DNA of 64,000 nt from Azolla caroliniana (lineage: Eukaryota; Plantae; Polypodiophyta), in assembly GCA_043228905.1 (NCBI GenBank), contig JBHGNT010000001.1, forward strand, positions 33,232,001 through 33,296,000, written 5' to 3'. Shown piece after piece: positions 13,249 to 25,708 of this stretch. The translations under genes and the position numbers were made by a program. The notes under the pieces were generated by a model, which was not told the origin of the DNA, made no database searches, and worked only from the letters and a program-made list of their open reading frames with translations. Each line of letters begins with the position of its first letter. Position 1 is the first letter of the stretch.

Positions 13249-14742
13249 ATGATGATCTCAAACAACAGTGTGAAAAGAATGAAGAAGATGAAGGAGATGC
13301 CTAGGGGCACATTTCTAGCATTCTTTGAGACACACAAATGGATGCATGTGTGTCTCCTTGTGGCCATGGTTGTCACCATCCCTTTCATGGCCTTCTTCTC
13401 CATGAGATTCCTCTTCCTTAATGTGTTCCCCACATTGTGGAGCTTCTACTACCCCTTGGCAACCCCCACAAACCTCTTCCTCCTCCTAAACCTCATCATT
13501 TTCACCTTGTTTGCCATGAGCCACTCCCCACACTCGGCCGCAGCACCTCCGCCTCGACCCGCCACCAGAGTTCTTCCATCTGCAGCTGCAATTGCCGATG
13601 ATGGCGATGATGATGACAATGGCATGCCTATACATCCATCATCACCATCACCATCACCATCACCATCTCCGATGTCTTCGATTCCCTATCTCCATCTCCC
13701 TTCGTCACCATCGTCGAATTTGATGCCGACACTATCCCAATCCCCTAGTGATTTGGCACCATCTCCGTCGGTCCTCGCCTCGCCCTCTATGCACTCCGGA
13801 GACCAGTACTATCGGCGGCTCTTCGACCACCATGTGACCGACAATTATCTGGTAGCATCTCCGGTCCGGTACCTTCGCTTCGAGGATGCAGACATGCTTC
13901 TCGGCATCGGGCCGCAGGCAGCATCACCACCATCGTCGATCCTGGCATCCTCAAGCCACAAGGTTATGGTTTCTACATCCACGGCCATGGATAATGATGA
14001 TGATGATGATGATAGAAGGCGTGATGGATTTGATGTGGATGATGCAAGGAATCGGATCAAATCTGGAGAGCCTTATAATTCAAGAAAAAGCAAAGATCTT
14101 ACGCTAATCATGAAGAAGCGTGGTGGATCTGAGAGGCACAAACCCGATCGACAGGATGAGCAAAGCGATGTCGTTACAGGATCAGATGAGATGCCCAGTG
14201 ATTATTACAAGGGTTACAGAGAATCAATGGAGAGCAGTGAAGGTAGGTCGCCTCTGGTAGTGAATGAAGAAGAAGTGGTTTCACACGAGAGGGCCGGTGG
14301 GGCGGAGAGGCCACTGGCTTCGTCTCATTTCACACACAGGATTACCACGACGTCGTCCAAGTCGGCGGGGTTCGGCCACAGCCCGCTACGCCCCAACAAC
14401 TCCCGGGGCCGGGCCAACGCGAAACGCCCCGGCCAGACCCTCGAGGCCACTTGGCGCGCCATCTGCGAGGAGAAGAAAAGCACCAATCTCCTCGGGAGCC
14501 CTTTAAAGAACAATAACCGGCGCATCATCCTCCAACGAGCCGAGAGGTCGACCTCCGGATCCTCGAGCTCCATTAATAGCCCCACGAGTCTGAAAGCGAA
14601 GCCCCGGGAGCCGTCCATGCGTGCCGACGAGTTGCACTCGCGGATCGAAGCCTTCATCTCGAGATTCAACGACCAGATCCGCATCCAACGTGAACAATCC
14701 ATCCTCAACTACATGGAAATGGTCGACCGAGGCGCTAAGTGA
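13249..14742 (+). CDS. Intronless DUF4408/DUF761 'cotton fibre expressed'-like protein, 497 aa
   Basis: Long ORF. The N-terminal hydrophobic segments end in PTNLFLLLNLIIFTLFAMS (DUF4408-like), followed by a Pro/Ser-rich middle, TLEATWRAICE, and the C-terminal REPSMRADELHSRIEAFISRFNDQIRIQREQSILNYMEMVDRGA (DUF761 signature). Confidence 0.9.
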   Translation: MMISNNSVKRMKKMKEMPRGTFLAFFETHKWMHVCLLVAMVVTIPFMAFFSMRFLFLNVFPTLWSFYYPLATPTNLFLLLNLIIFTLFAMSHSPHSAAAPPPRPATRVLPSAAAIADDGDDDDNGMPIHPSSPSPSPSPSPMSSIPYLHLPSSPSSNLMPTLSQSPSDLAPSPSVLASPSMHSGDQYYRRLFDHHVTDNYLVASPVRYLRFEDADMLLGIGPQAASPPSSILASSSHKVMVSTSTAMDNDDDDDDRRRDGFDVDDARNRIKSGEPYNSRKSKDLTLIMKKRGGSERHKPDRQDEQSDVVTGSDEMPSDYYKGYRESMESSEGRSPLVVNEEEVVSHERAGGAERPLASSHFTHRITTTSSKSAGFGHSPLRPNNSRGRANAKRPGQTLEATWRAICEEKKSTNLLGSPLKNNNRRIILQRAERSTSGSSSSINSPTSLKAKPREPSMRADELHSRIEAFISRFNDQIRIQREQSILNYMEMVDRGAK

Positions 14743-15939
14743 AGAGACACTCGCTCTTCTATTGCTTCCTAAGTAGCTTTTCACTGTTTCCGCTCTCTAG
14801 AGTTGGTCGAACTTCCGGTTAAGTTCGGCCAAAGGAATGTGCAATTTTCATCCATCATGGATTTGTGAAGAGTTTTTCATGGATTTGTGAAGAGTTTTTC
14901 GATTATGAGCTACCCATTCAAGCAAGCAATCAACTTCCAATGTCATTCCATTAAAGCCAACACTTTCTCGAGGACATTTTCAGCATCCAATCAAGGAAAT
15001 ATCATCTACAAGGTTATAGAGTTTGGTCATCAGTTGCCTTTTGTTTTTTCAGAAGCTTCACATTATTCTCCACTTTTTTGGTCATATTGATTAACCTCAC
15101 TTCTAAAGCCTAGATACTCATATCAGTTTAGAGTCGTTGCCTTCTGTTCATTCAATCACTTATCATGTGGAGGGGTGGCTATGTTGTGGTTTTGTGTCTT
15201 TTTAGTTTCCCCTTTAGGGTGAATATTCCCTCAACACATTCAATTTTAAGCGAAATCAAATTTCAGTATTCCATGCCCAAATATTTTTCTAGGTATTTGA
15301 ATTGTAGAGTCTTGTCCCAGTTTCTAGTTACTACCCTTGTATAACTTGTGCCAAACATTCATTCATTAAGTTATGAAATACCCCAATTTTAGGGCTTAAT
15401 GTATATCAATATCCTATTACTTCTCTTTTTTTAAATATTTTAAAACATTGTCAGACATATTATGTTAACTGTTTTACGAGATGTGTCGCAAGTATGTTCT
15501 GAGATGTTAAATGAGTATTTATATTTTTTTCCTTTTTCTTGCAAGGTTTGTGGGAAAAAAATTGGAAGTTTGTGGTTTTAATCCATTTCCTAGAAGTACC
15601 CAAGTTCTTATGTGAGACTAGACTTCAATGACACTTGTGTTTTCTTTCTTTCACAATTTTTCTTTTTTCAGATGCTAATGGCCTGAGGATTTCCCTAGCT
15701 TTTGTTTTCTTAGATGCCAATGGTAATCGATGAGGTAATTGCATTTTGCATTTCTTCTCTCTTCACCTCCCGTAGTTCATTGAAGTTCCATAGTATGTAA
15801 TATTCGTGTTCGTTAGCCCAAACATTCATTTTCATACGTTTGAAAATGAATGTGTGTGTTATTAAAACATTATTGTGTTTTTTTTTAACACTTTTTACCT
15901 TAACTTTCTTACCCTAAAAAAAAAAAAACCTTATAATAA

Positions 15940-16335
15940 AGGGAAAAGTACCAAGATACCCTAGAAGTTCGTCTATTTACTAGGATGCCCCTGGAAGTTC
16001 CAAATTTACCAAACTACCCCTATGTCCAAAAAAATACACTTTATAAAGTAATTATACACTCAAATCTACAAGCCCTATTTACCAGAATACCCTTGTGCAA
16101 AAGTATAGTATTGGGGTATTTCGTGCAAAAGTATAGTATTCTTATCATTTGAACATACCCTAAAATTGGGGTATTTTGTGTGCAATACTTATCATGTGCA
16201 AAGTTTAAAAAATTACTTTATAATAAATAATGAGCGCAAAAGTATAGTATTTGAGCATGATAAGTATAGTATTCATGAAATACCCCAAATTTAGGGTGTT
16301 TTTCATGCTCAAATGATAAGAATGTTCTTGAATGA
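15940..16335. mobile_element. Partial MITE / Mutator-like remnant with internal repeats
   Basis: Begins gggaaaagtaccaagatacccctagaagttc after a poly-A. It has repeated gcaaaagtatagtatt and inverted gaaataccccaaatttagggt / accctaaaattggggtatt motifs (also at ~15375). No partner TIR was found. Confidence 0.45.
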
Positions 16336-19247
16336 GAATGCACGAGATACGTATGCTTCATACTAATTCAATCAAGACAAACCAATGCCATTTCTTAGGG
16401 TTTGTTGTTTTTGCTTTTTCCTAGCTTTCTTGCAATACACTTGGCTCACAATCTTTTTTGTATTTCATTCCAGTGCATAGATTTTGGGGCTAGGTTAGAA
16501 TTCCTTTCCCATCATTCAATATTTAAGGAAGTTTCCATCAAGTTCTCGTTCAATCTAGAAACTTCAAATTTCATTTCATAACTAAGGGTTTAAATTCTCA
16601 TCTCGTTGATTCTGTAGTCAATCAAACTGCCATGGTTGGGTTTTGGTCATGCTATGGTTGTTTTGTTTGCATTTGCATTCTTCTAACACGTATATTCAAG
16701 AGCGTCAATCTTGTAGTTCCCAACCTTCATGGTTCAATCAAACAATTTCATTTTAAGCCATTTTTTGGATTTATCTTTTGCCACATGCTGTTGGAGTTTT
16801 ATATTATTGTCATCCATTTTCAGTCCTCTTTTAACTAATCTCATGTAGCAAACATCTTAGTATAGTTGTCCTTTTATTGATTTACTTTGGGTTGTAAAAT
16901 GGCTTGTGTGGAGAATATTTGTGTCACAAGCTTAACTCTTTTTACCAGGTTTCTGATCACACCTAAAAAGTTTGCACCACAATCAACTAAGTAGACAATC
17001 CCTTTATTCTTCCATTGATAACCCATATGACATTTCCTTTGTCACATTGACAACATCATATTGTTTATGAGTTCCAATCCACATTGGGGGGGTTCAAAGG
17101 GGCAGCCAATTTACATGTTGGATTCTCAATAGCGGGATCAAGGAGAGACATATCCCCTTCCGTGATGATAATAAGTTAAATTTAAAAATAAAAATAAAAT
17201 AGGAATTGGTAGAGCTACACCAGCCTCATCACAACTTTTTGCAGGTCTATTCTAATGCATTTAGTGAAGATATGGCCTGATATTTGATATCCATTTCAAA
17301 GACAAAATATTTATGTCCATTTATGTGTAATGAATGCCCCTCATAATGGAAACCCTATATCGATGATCCTCAGCTTCAAGTATTGCATGATTGTAAATAA
17401 GATCTTAGATTATTATCACAAAATCAACAAAGTTTGCAAAAACGAGATGGAACTTTTTTGGGAAAAAAATAAGATGGAACATTTTATAAACATCTGGTCG
17501 TGTTACGCAATAGAAACAAACCTGGTATAACTCAGTGGCAAAAATGTTGATCAAAAAAATCATGTGAAGGGTATTCTTCCCAAATAAATGGTTGGTAATG
17601 TGTATCTTAATTCAGTTTTTTTTTCCAAAAAGAAGCTACTTTCCCATTAGTTAGGAGAATCTTAATTCCGTTCTATTACACATAACAACATTTCCTAGAG
17701 TCTAAAGTAAATCATCAATTAAAGGCAATAGAACAGCATTTCCTAGAGTTTCAAGCAAATCATCAATTGAAGGCGTGGGTATGGATATTTAACACCATTA
17801 CTTTTATTTATTCCCTATGAACCTTTTTCTTTCTTTACAAGAACTAAAAGTGAGGCAAAAAGCTGGTAACTATGAGCTCTTTCACAAGATAACCTTGAAC
17901 TTGGTTAAGTTGCATCCCATTCATCTTGAAAAGCCCATCCTCCTATTATGTGGTAATTTGACTCCAAGAATCAACTCTCCTTTAAAACCTCAAATTCTTG
18001 ATTAGTCATACATGATAAAGCTACGAATATTGGGATTGGGCATCAATTCCAGATATATAAGTCAGATGACTTACATCTAACCTTCATTACACAAGTCGCA
18101 TTGTTAATGTGGTTTGCAACAAGTCGACCTTTCATACAAGTACATAAGAAAATTAATCTCATGTATAAGCCTAGATGAGGTATAATTTTAGTAATGATTT
18201 AAGTGAATTTCTTACAGGTACCAACAAAACAAATTACACCAATTTCTACATAGGTGCTCTTTTAATGCTGGGTTTCTATGAGAGTAGTGGTTAGAAGGCA
18301 ATAAGTCTCGATAACTGCATTGGGCAACAATGCTTCAATAATAGAGATAATAATAGAAACATCTAAAAATGAAGTTTTGAGGAATAGCAAACATACATTG
18401 ATGGCAACAGAATTTGGGGGGCAATATGACAATAGAAACTAACATTTTATTGCCATCTCTTAGGCTCCAAGAGAAACCAAGGATAGGTATACAAAAGTAA
18501 GGTAATCCATCCTAACCATACCTAGTGGCCCTCAAACTATGCTTGTTATCATGCTTAGTTGCCACATGACTAGGATGCCTCTTCCATTGCATAGCTTGTG
18601 CGTTACAATGTTTGTTCTTGTAAGACAATGGTTTCTTGTCACATGATGATATGGGCATGAACAATACTAACAAATAATAGTCCATTTAAGATGATAGTTT
18701 CTTGTCACATGATGACATGTGCACAAATAGAGAGAGAGAGAGAGAGTCATTTAGTCGAGCTGCTCAACCTCCATAATCCACATGGTAATCTAGTAATTTA
18801 GTGAGCTTAACAAGTTTTTTGATGCCAAACACGTTACATAGGCCCAATAAAATGAAAAATAGAAATGAATTGTAATATGCACAGAACACCAAAATGACCT
18901 ATAAGACTTAACATATAACCTATTACCTAATACCATATACATCATATGAGAGCGAGATAGAAAAAAAAACTTATTTTAAATAAATCTCTCTAAAATAAGT
19001 ATGTGATTGAAAAATGAGATCCAAGCTCAGAAAAACTTTCAGATGAGAAACATTTTGATCATCAATTTTCTTTCAGAAAGAGAACAATATTTAATTGCCT
19101 CTACATGTGTGAAAAACACCCCATTCAAAAAAACGAAACATAGAGGGGTTGTGAGAGAAATGAAATACAGAAGCATTGATACATGCTCTCCCATGTTAGA
19201 AAAAATAGAAACAAAAGAAGGAAAACCTTGGAACAAATTTAAAGACA

Positions 19248-21937
19248 TTATGTAGCAGACTCTAATTCAGCCGTGGTTACATCCTCACTGTTCGACCCAT
19301 CATCTGCCCTCAATTGCGCCGATACATCATCGATTGCGGCATTCAGTTGTGCAATCTTCTCATTCAAATTCTTTCGGGTTTTCTACCACCAGCAAAAGAG
19401 TGTCTTAAAAATGTTAGAACTCTATGAATCTCATGTCTTCATCAAAAGAACATGTCAACGTGAATTTATTTCATGAAAACCATGAATCCATATGTAGTTC
19501 AGAAAAAAGGGTGAAAAAACTCAAAAATAATAATGAGTAAATTCTGTCATTATCATGTGACGTAAATTGTAGAGTTGGAATTATTTATAAACAGATATTC
19601 TATGATTAACAGAATAGGAGGCTACACAATACTATGTCTCTTTTGTCTTATATTTGGTTGATGATGTCTACAGATGACTAAAAATAACCATGTCGTAAGT
19701 CATTGCCTCCTTGGTTTCATGGAAGCTATGGAATCCATGAACACATGTATAAACGCAAGAAAAGCAATCAAATCACATAATTCTGCAACATACCTCAAGG
19801 CCTTCATCGTCATCTAATCCCTTTGGGAGCTTCTTTAAGGATTCATCGAGTTCCCTCTCAACAACAGAAAGGAATTTGTTCACCTTCATCGCATAAAAGC
19901 ATCACCACCATGAGTAATAATATCTTTCTCTATCTAATATATAGATATATATCAATGCAGCAAAAAATGGAAGTTTTATGTGTGTTGTTTATGTATATCT
20001 ATATACTATCACACTTTGTCTGATTGTTAAAATCATCAATCCAGCATATCATAATAATGATTCACAATATAGAAACGACGAGAATGCCTTGAAAATTTGA
20101 AGAGAAAAGCAAATGGGATGGCCTCTTAACCACATAGACTCATTGACAAAGAACACGCATCTCTAAACTACACATACCTGAGGAGCAAATATGCAGCCAA
20201 GAGCGCCAAAGAGTGCTCCTCCAATAACAAAACCAGCAACAAAATCACCCGAACCACCACGTTTTCTGCAAATTGCATTTGAAAAGTTTTACAGAATAAG
20301 AGTTTACCCTTTACAAGAAACGGAACTCATATCAATCTGAGAGTACTTATTGAAGTGGCAAAAAATATATTTTACTTATATTCAGCAGAAACATAGACAC
20401 TCCGCTTCTGATTTATGCTTTTCTGTCTGGGAAAGGTGTGGGTATTTTTAGTCCACAATGAGCATCGCAGTCCAGAATCGAATGTATTTGTCCCTATATA
20501 TGAATATATATACATGTGAAATAATTTGAACAATTTCAACCTTTATGTAAATAAGAACACTGCTTGAACAATGCAACTTCAAACAGCCAATTCAAAGTAT
20601 GTACATGGTCAGGTTGCATGTCTTCGCACCTTGAACCATAAAGAATTAAGCTGGAATCTAAATCTAAGTCCTAAATATGCAGTCAAACACTAAAACCTAA
20701 ACTCTGAATGCACATAATGACAACAAACTTTAAATCCAAAGGATCACAAGACATTATCAGTATCAGTATAAATAAAAAAATCGCGGGTTTATATAATGAG
20801 TTCAAATAATATAGCTTCAACGACCAATTCAGCATAAGCACATGTTAAAATTACATGTCTTCGCACCTTTCAGTTCCACCCATAGATAGTCTCAATACCA
20901 ATGTTAAATGGGTGGTCCTAAACCATGAACGACCGTAAGTCTAAAGACTAAACCTGAACCTTAAATGGGTAGCCATAAACCCTAAATCCTACATACCATC
21001 ATAAAAATAATTAAAGATGGTCAGTATAAGACAAAGTTCCAATCACAGGTATTACAGGTTTGTTCAATTAATTCAAAACATGCATCTTCCATAGCTAAGT
21101 AGCATATGACATGAATGACTTTCATATCTTCAACTGGCATCCTTAAACAGTTTAATCATGGAGCCATAAACCCCAAACCCATAAATATTAAAACTTAAAA
21201 GAAGCATACAGCATAAAAACCATAGGCCATCGACACCAAAACACTAAAATGATGAATTTATCTTGAAGTTCAAATCATGCATAAACAAAGAAAAAAGCAT
21301 GGGCACACATTTAAAATGCCCATAAACCCGAAAGGAGAAATCATTACATCGTACCAACCCATTAATTGGGTTTACGCTCTGAGTTTAAATCATGCACACT
21401 CAACAAAAAAATCAGTATATGCAAACGACCAAATTGTATTAATTCACATGTGTGAACCATATAGGACCAAATTGTAAACGCAGAGATGATGGGTTTATCT
21501 ATCAAATTATGCAACTTCAATACACAGCTTGTGGCGAATGTTGCGGTGATGAGGTTTATATGAAGAGCTCAAAAAACATGCATTTTATACAATATTCTCC
21601 AATGGTAGATGGGATCTCAACAAATAATCGCAGAGTTAAATGGGCATGAATAAATAAATAAACTGACGGAGATAATCTTATTTTTTTAGTAACACTTTTA
21701 TTACTAGTGGGAAACCTCAAAGAGAGATGAAAACCCACAAAGAATGAAGACGGAGATAATCAACGCCTAAGAAGGCACAGAGAGAGATAGAGAAGGCATA
21801 GATTTGGTGTCAGAATCAAAGGAACATGGGACATGCAGAAGATGACAGAAGCCCACAATTTGTTTATATGGTTTTACAGAGGTACCTGAGAGGCGGGAAG
21901 AACAGAGCGTCGAAGAAGATAGAGCTGAGGTAGCCAT
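19248..21937 (-). CDS. Small chloroplast inner-envelope membrane protein (At1g42960/At5g16660-like), 5 exons
   Basis: Minus-strand exons 21937-21886, 20493-20376, 20265-20178, 19883-19794 and 19382-19248 splice in frame. Product: MATSALSSSTLCSSRLS (transit-peptide-like)...VSAEY..RGGSGDFVAGFVIGGALFGALGCIFAPQ...KKLPKGLDDDEGLEKTRKNLNEKIAQLNAAIDDVSAQLRADD...ESAT*. Confidence 0.9.
20580..21200. repeat. Degenerate ~237-bp tandem repeats in intron 1 of the chloroplast-protein gene
   Basis: ccaattca...catgtcttcgcacctt at ~20588 and ~20824, with a weaker third unit near 21070. Units contain taaaccctaaa-like motifs. Confidence 0.6.
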
Positions 21938-22045
21938 GGCAACACAGACAGAGAGAGACAGATACAGAGACAGAGAGATGGGTGGATTATATAACTCATA
22001 AATGTCGTTTAAAAGAGGCTAAAAATGGTCATCACATCGAGTGAC

Positions 22046-22046
22046 A

Positions 22047-22141
<95 letters not shown>

Positions 22142-22152
22142 TCTCTCTCTCT
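22046..22152. repeat. Compound microsatellite (GA)n(GT)n(CT)n
   Basis: About 24 GA, then about 21 GT, then about 6 CT units, contiguous, 110-215 bp upstream of the minus-strand ATG at 21937. Confidence 0.95.
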
Positions 22153-24613
22153 GCCTGCCTTCCTTTTTCCTGTCATGCCCTTTGCATTTTCAGTCCTCCA
22201 TGGAGCTCTCAACCCACAAAACATTTCTACCCTCCAAATCATTCATTCATTTACATACGTACATACATTCATATATACCTCGGCCTCGCTTCATTCGGAA
22301 CTCTCTCGAACACTCTACTTCTCACAAAATCATTTGTCGAAAGAAACACCCCCATTCACAAACTCTTTCTTGTATTGTCTGCGTTTTGCTTGTCGTCACT
22401 CGACACTCATTTGTGATCAAATCATTTTGTCGAAATCGAGGCATGTCGGACACCCGCCTGACTAGCTTGCTCTGGACCATTGGACTCCGACCGAGCACAA
22501 TTTCATTTATGTATGGCGTTGCGTTAAAGATTTTATCCAAAGGTAACTAACTAGAGTGGTCGACTTCTTGTTCATCGTGTTCGGGTTGGAAGAAGAAAAA
22601 TGTTGAGGCAAAAAGCAATCAATGTGCCATGTAGGACCAAATCCAAGCAAAACCTAGTTTTCGAGCATTCAATTTGAACTTTCACAATGTGTGAATGAAA
22701 TTAGCTAGCTTCGTTTTTTTAATTCTAGTTTACTAACGATCCGGGTTGCCCTTTGTTAGTTTGTCTTCTTTGAGGTTGATTGTTTGTAGCATATATTAGT
22801 GCATCGATGAATCTGATAATGATTTTGATTAATGCAATTTTCAAATGATGACTGGTTCCCTCCATGTTATGGCCCTTCACGTTCTCATTTTTTACAACAA
22901 AAGTTTGCATTTTGACCCTATGAGCCAAATACTCTCACAGATAATAAAATATTTGTAATACAAAAAGCTTGAGTTCAGATCATGCCCTTTCCATGCCCTA
23001 TGAACCAAACACCTCATTACATAATGAAGTCTTCTTAATACCCAACAAAAAACTAGTAACCGTGAATCATAACTTGACTCTTGAGTTCAAGTCATTTCCC
23101 ATTCGAATAAACCAATTTGTTGAGGTTTTGTTGCCTTTTTACACAAATGCTTCACAAAGTCTAACAAGTAGAGCCTTTTTCCTAACCTATCATCTTAACA
23201 ATAAATTAGAAGCCTTCAATTCCATTATGCCCAAACCCACTTATATTTTATGTTTATCCCACTCATTATGATTAAGTGGTATAACCTACCCCTTCCATAT
23301 AAGTAACAACAAATTGTGGCAGTTACGTTAGGTTTCGCCTTACAAGTATGTCTCATTTCAGTACAAATGGTGTTGTAAGAGGTCGTTTATTAGATGCCAT
23401 CTTGCAATAATTTTTTAATACAAAATTCTCCACATACATGGTACCCAACATACAATCGTGGATTAGCTATCATAGTTGGATTTGGAGGAGTCAAGCATCG
23501 GAGTTGACAATGTTTGTATGCAACCATCTTCTATGTCTTTGCCATAACCATCACCAACGATAAATAACAACACAAATTCATGGATTAGGAAATGGAATAG
23601 TTATTGGATTTTTTCCTATCACCTACCAATCTCACCAAGCATGAGTGCAAAAGCTAGACCATATGCATCAAATGATTTTGCATCCTCAACAACACATTTG
23701 CATTGTGTAGCATGAGGGTATGGATGACATTTGATGTCAAGGCATCTTTCACCATGAGAATGATCGTATTCTGCATGGAGCTTGTGATTCTATCTTGAGC
23801 AACCATTACATTAGTGAATGTACGACTCGGTAAAATGTGGCAATTTGGCCTCAATAGTCCAACGTCACATAAAGACGCCTATCTATTTAGCAAGGAGTGT
23901 GAAAATGCCAACAACCAACACTTGTACACCCCATCACCCCATACTTTTGCTAGAACTACCATAGAAATGTGGCCCTGGCTTTGCCAACCGTTCACCCTAG
24001 TGCCCAAGTACAAGCAAGATTGCATGAATTGCAACTTGCAAACATTTGGAAATGGTTGTGGAGTATGTAGTCGCTGAAAAAAGGTTATTTGCTTTCGTTG
24101 GTTGTTAATTCATTATGTGCTTCCTGTTGTTTATTGGGTGAGGCAACATCAACAATATGCTTGTGGAATGCATTGTGGTGCACTTATTGAAACTATTTTG
24201 CATGTATTTTGGTTATGTCCAGGAGTAAGTTGCTTTTATTGCTGAGACAACATTATTCTTGTTCAATTTTCTTTTTGGGTGTAGTATTATGAGGTGTCCT
24301 CCATGGAGTTGTTATGAGGTATGAATGTACGGATCCTTCACATGTATTTCACTTTTCATATGGACACCTCTCTCTCGCCTCGTTTCCTTCTTCTATTTGA
24401 CGGTTCAAAATAAAAATTTTGGTTAGGTAAATGGTGGGCAAGGCACTCTAAGATAACATCATTTAGAAACATGTATGGACTTTGTAGCTTGGCTTGGAGA
24501 AACATTGTAAAAAAATCCCTTTTGAGAATTGTCAAACTCTTTTTTAACATACTTAGGTATTTGATTGCTCTGTACTTCAACCTTGAACATAGAACTAACA
24601 TCACCGGTGTGTG

Positions 24614-25025
24614 TAGCAATGGGCGCAGTTCGGTTTTGGTTGGGTTCGATTTCTTGGCCTTGAAACCAAACCAAACAGTTTTAATTTTATGAAGCCATTT
24701 AAACCAAACCGTTTATGAAAATTTTAGAACCAAACCAAATCGGATTATCATAAATCAAAACCAAACCAAACCTATAAACCGATAAACCAATAAACCTTCA
24801 AAACTTTTAAACCTTTAAACCAAACCACATAAGCCGAAACCGCCAAACCGTGAAATTCAAAACCGAACCTGATAAGCCGCGAAACCATGAAATTCAAAAC
24901 CGAACCAAACCGGATCATAATATTTGAAACCAAACCAAACGGTTTATTTATCTTTGAACCAATAAACCGTTAAGCCATGGCTTAACAGTTCGGTTCGGTT
25001 TGAGCTGAAACCGTGCCCATTGCTA
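24614..25025. mobile_element. Non-autonomous hAT-like element (MITE), ~412 bp
   Basis: TIRs TAGCAATGGGCGCAG (24614) and CCGTGCCCATTGCTA (ends 25025). Flanking 8-mers ggtgtgtg and agtgtatg match at 6/8, consistent with an 8-bp TSD. The interior is full of AAACC/AACCG/GGTTCGGTT subterminal motifs. Confidence 0.88.
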
Positions 25026-25625
25026 AGTGTATGAAAGAGGTATTTTTTGAAAACTCAACATTTTATTTCTCCAATGCATAGTCAACCCCTTTCCCCGCCT
25101 TTAAGTAGTGAGTAATACTCATTCCAGAATCCATCTATGATTAGAGGGAAGCTAAAGCACAAGGTATTTTAAGCTTTCTACCATTTCAAGTGGCTCTCTA
25201 ATTGATTCATCCTATTTTGAGATTTCACAAGCACAACCTTTGTTTTGGATCATTGACAAATTGCTTTCTACATTTACAAGAGTTTTCCAATCCAATCACA
25301 AGTTTTTGGGCATCTTCTAGTAATATTTCTAAAAAGCTCCACATCACCTACGCATAACAAAAGTATGAAAACTACATTCTAAATGGTAGCTTCTATGATG
25401 CCTTCTTACTATACAAATTCATCAACTAATTGTTCAAAATTGTCAATGCATAAACCTATGACATGTGGGCATCAATAATTAGCACTAATAATGGTCATGA
25501 AAAAAATCTTAAAATCCATCTCCCATATGCTCATAACATGTCACATTCTTGTAGAGGGAAAGAATGATCTTCATACTTATGGCATTTCAATCAAATTGTA
25601 ACCTCTTTGAGATGAAGAGATTAAT

Positions 25626-25708
25626 AGATAATTAACTTCGAATTAAAGAATCTAGATCTCTAAAAAAGATAATTAACTTTGAATTAAAGAATCTAGATCT
25701 CTAAAAAA
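25626..25708. repeat. Tandem duplication of ~42 bp
   Basis: agataattaactt(c/t)gaattaaagaatctagatctctaaaaaa occurs twice. Confidence 0.9.

Noticed and set aside
14325-14784. Antisense ORFs, also at 45613-46074, 53134-53538 and 57197-57592
   Set aside because: Shadow frames of real coding exons.
20940-21190. TAAACCCTAAA motifs as interstitial telomere
   Set aside because: Only isolated imperfect units inside a degenerate intron repeat.
22009-22550. Overlapping ORFs of 77-169 aa containing ERERER/CVCVCV
   Set aside because: They result from the stop-free GA/GT microsatellite and show no domain.
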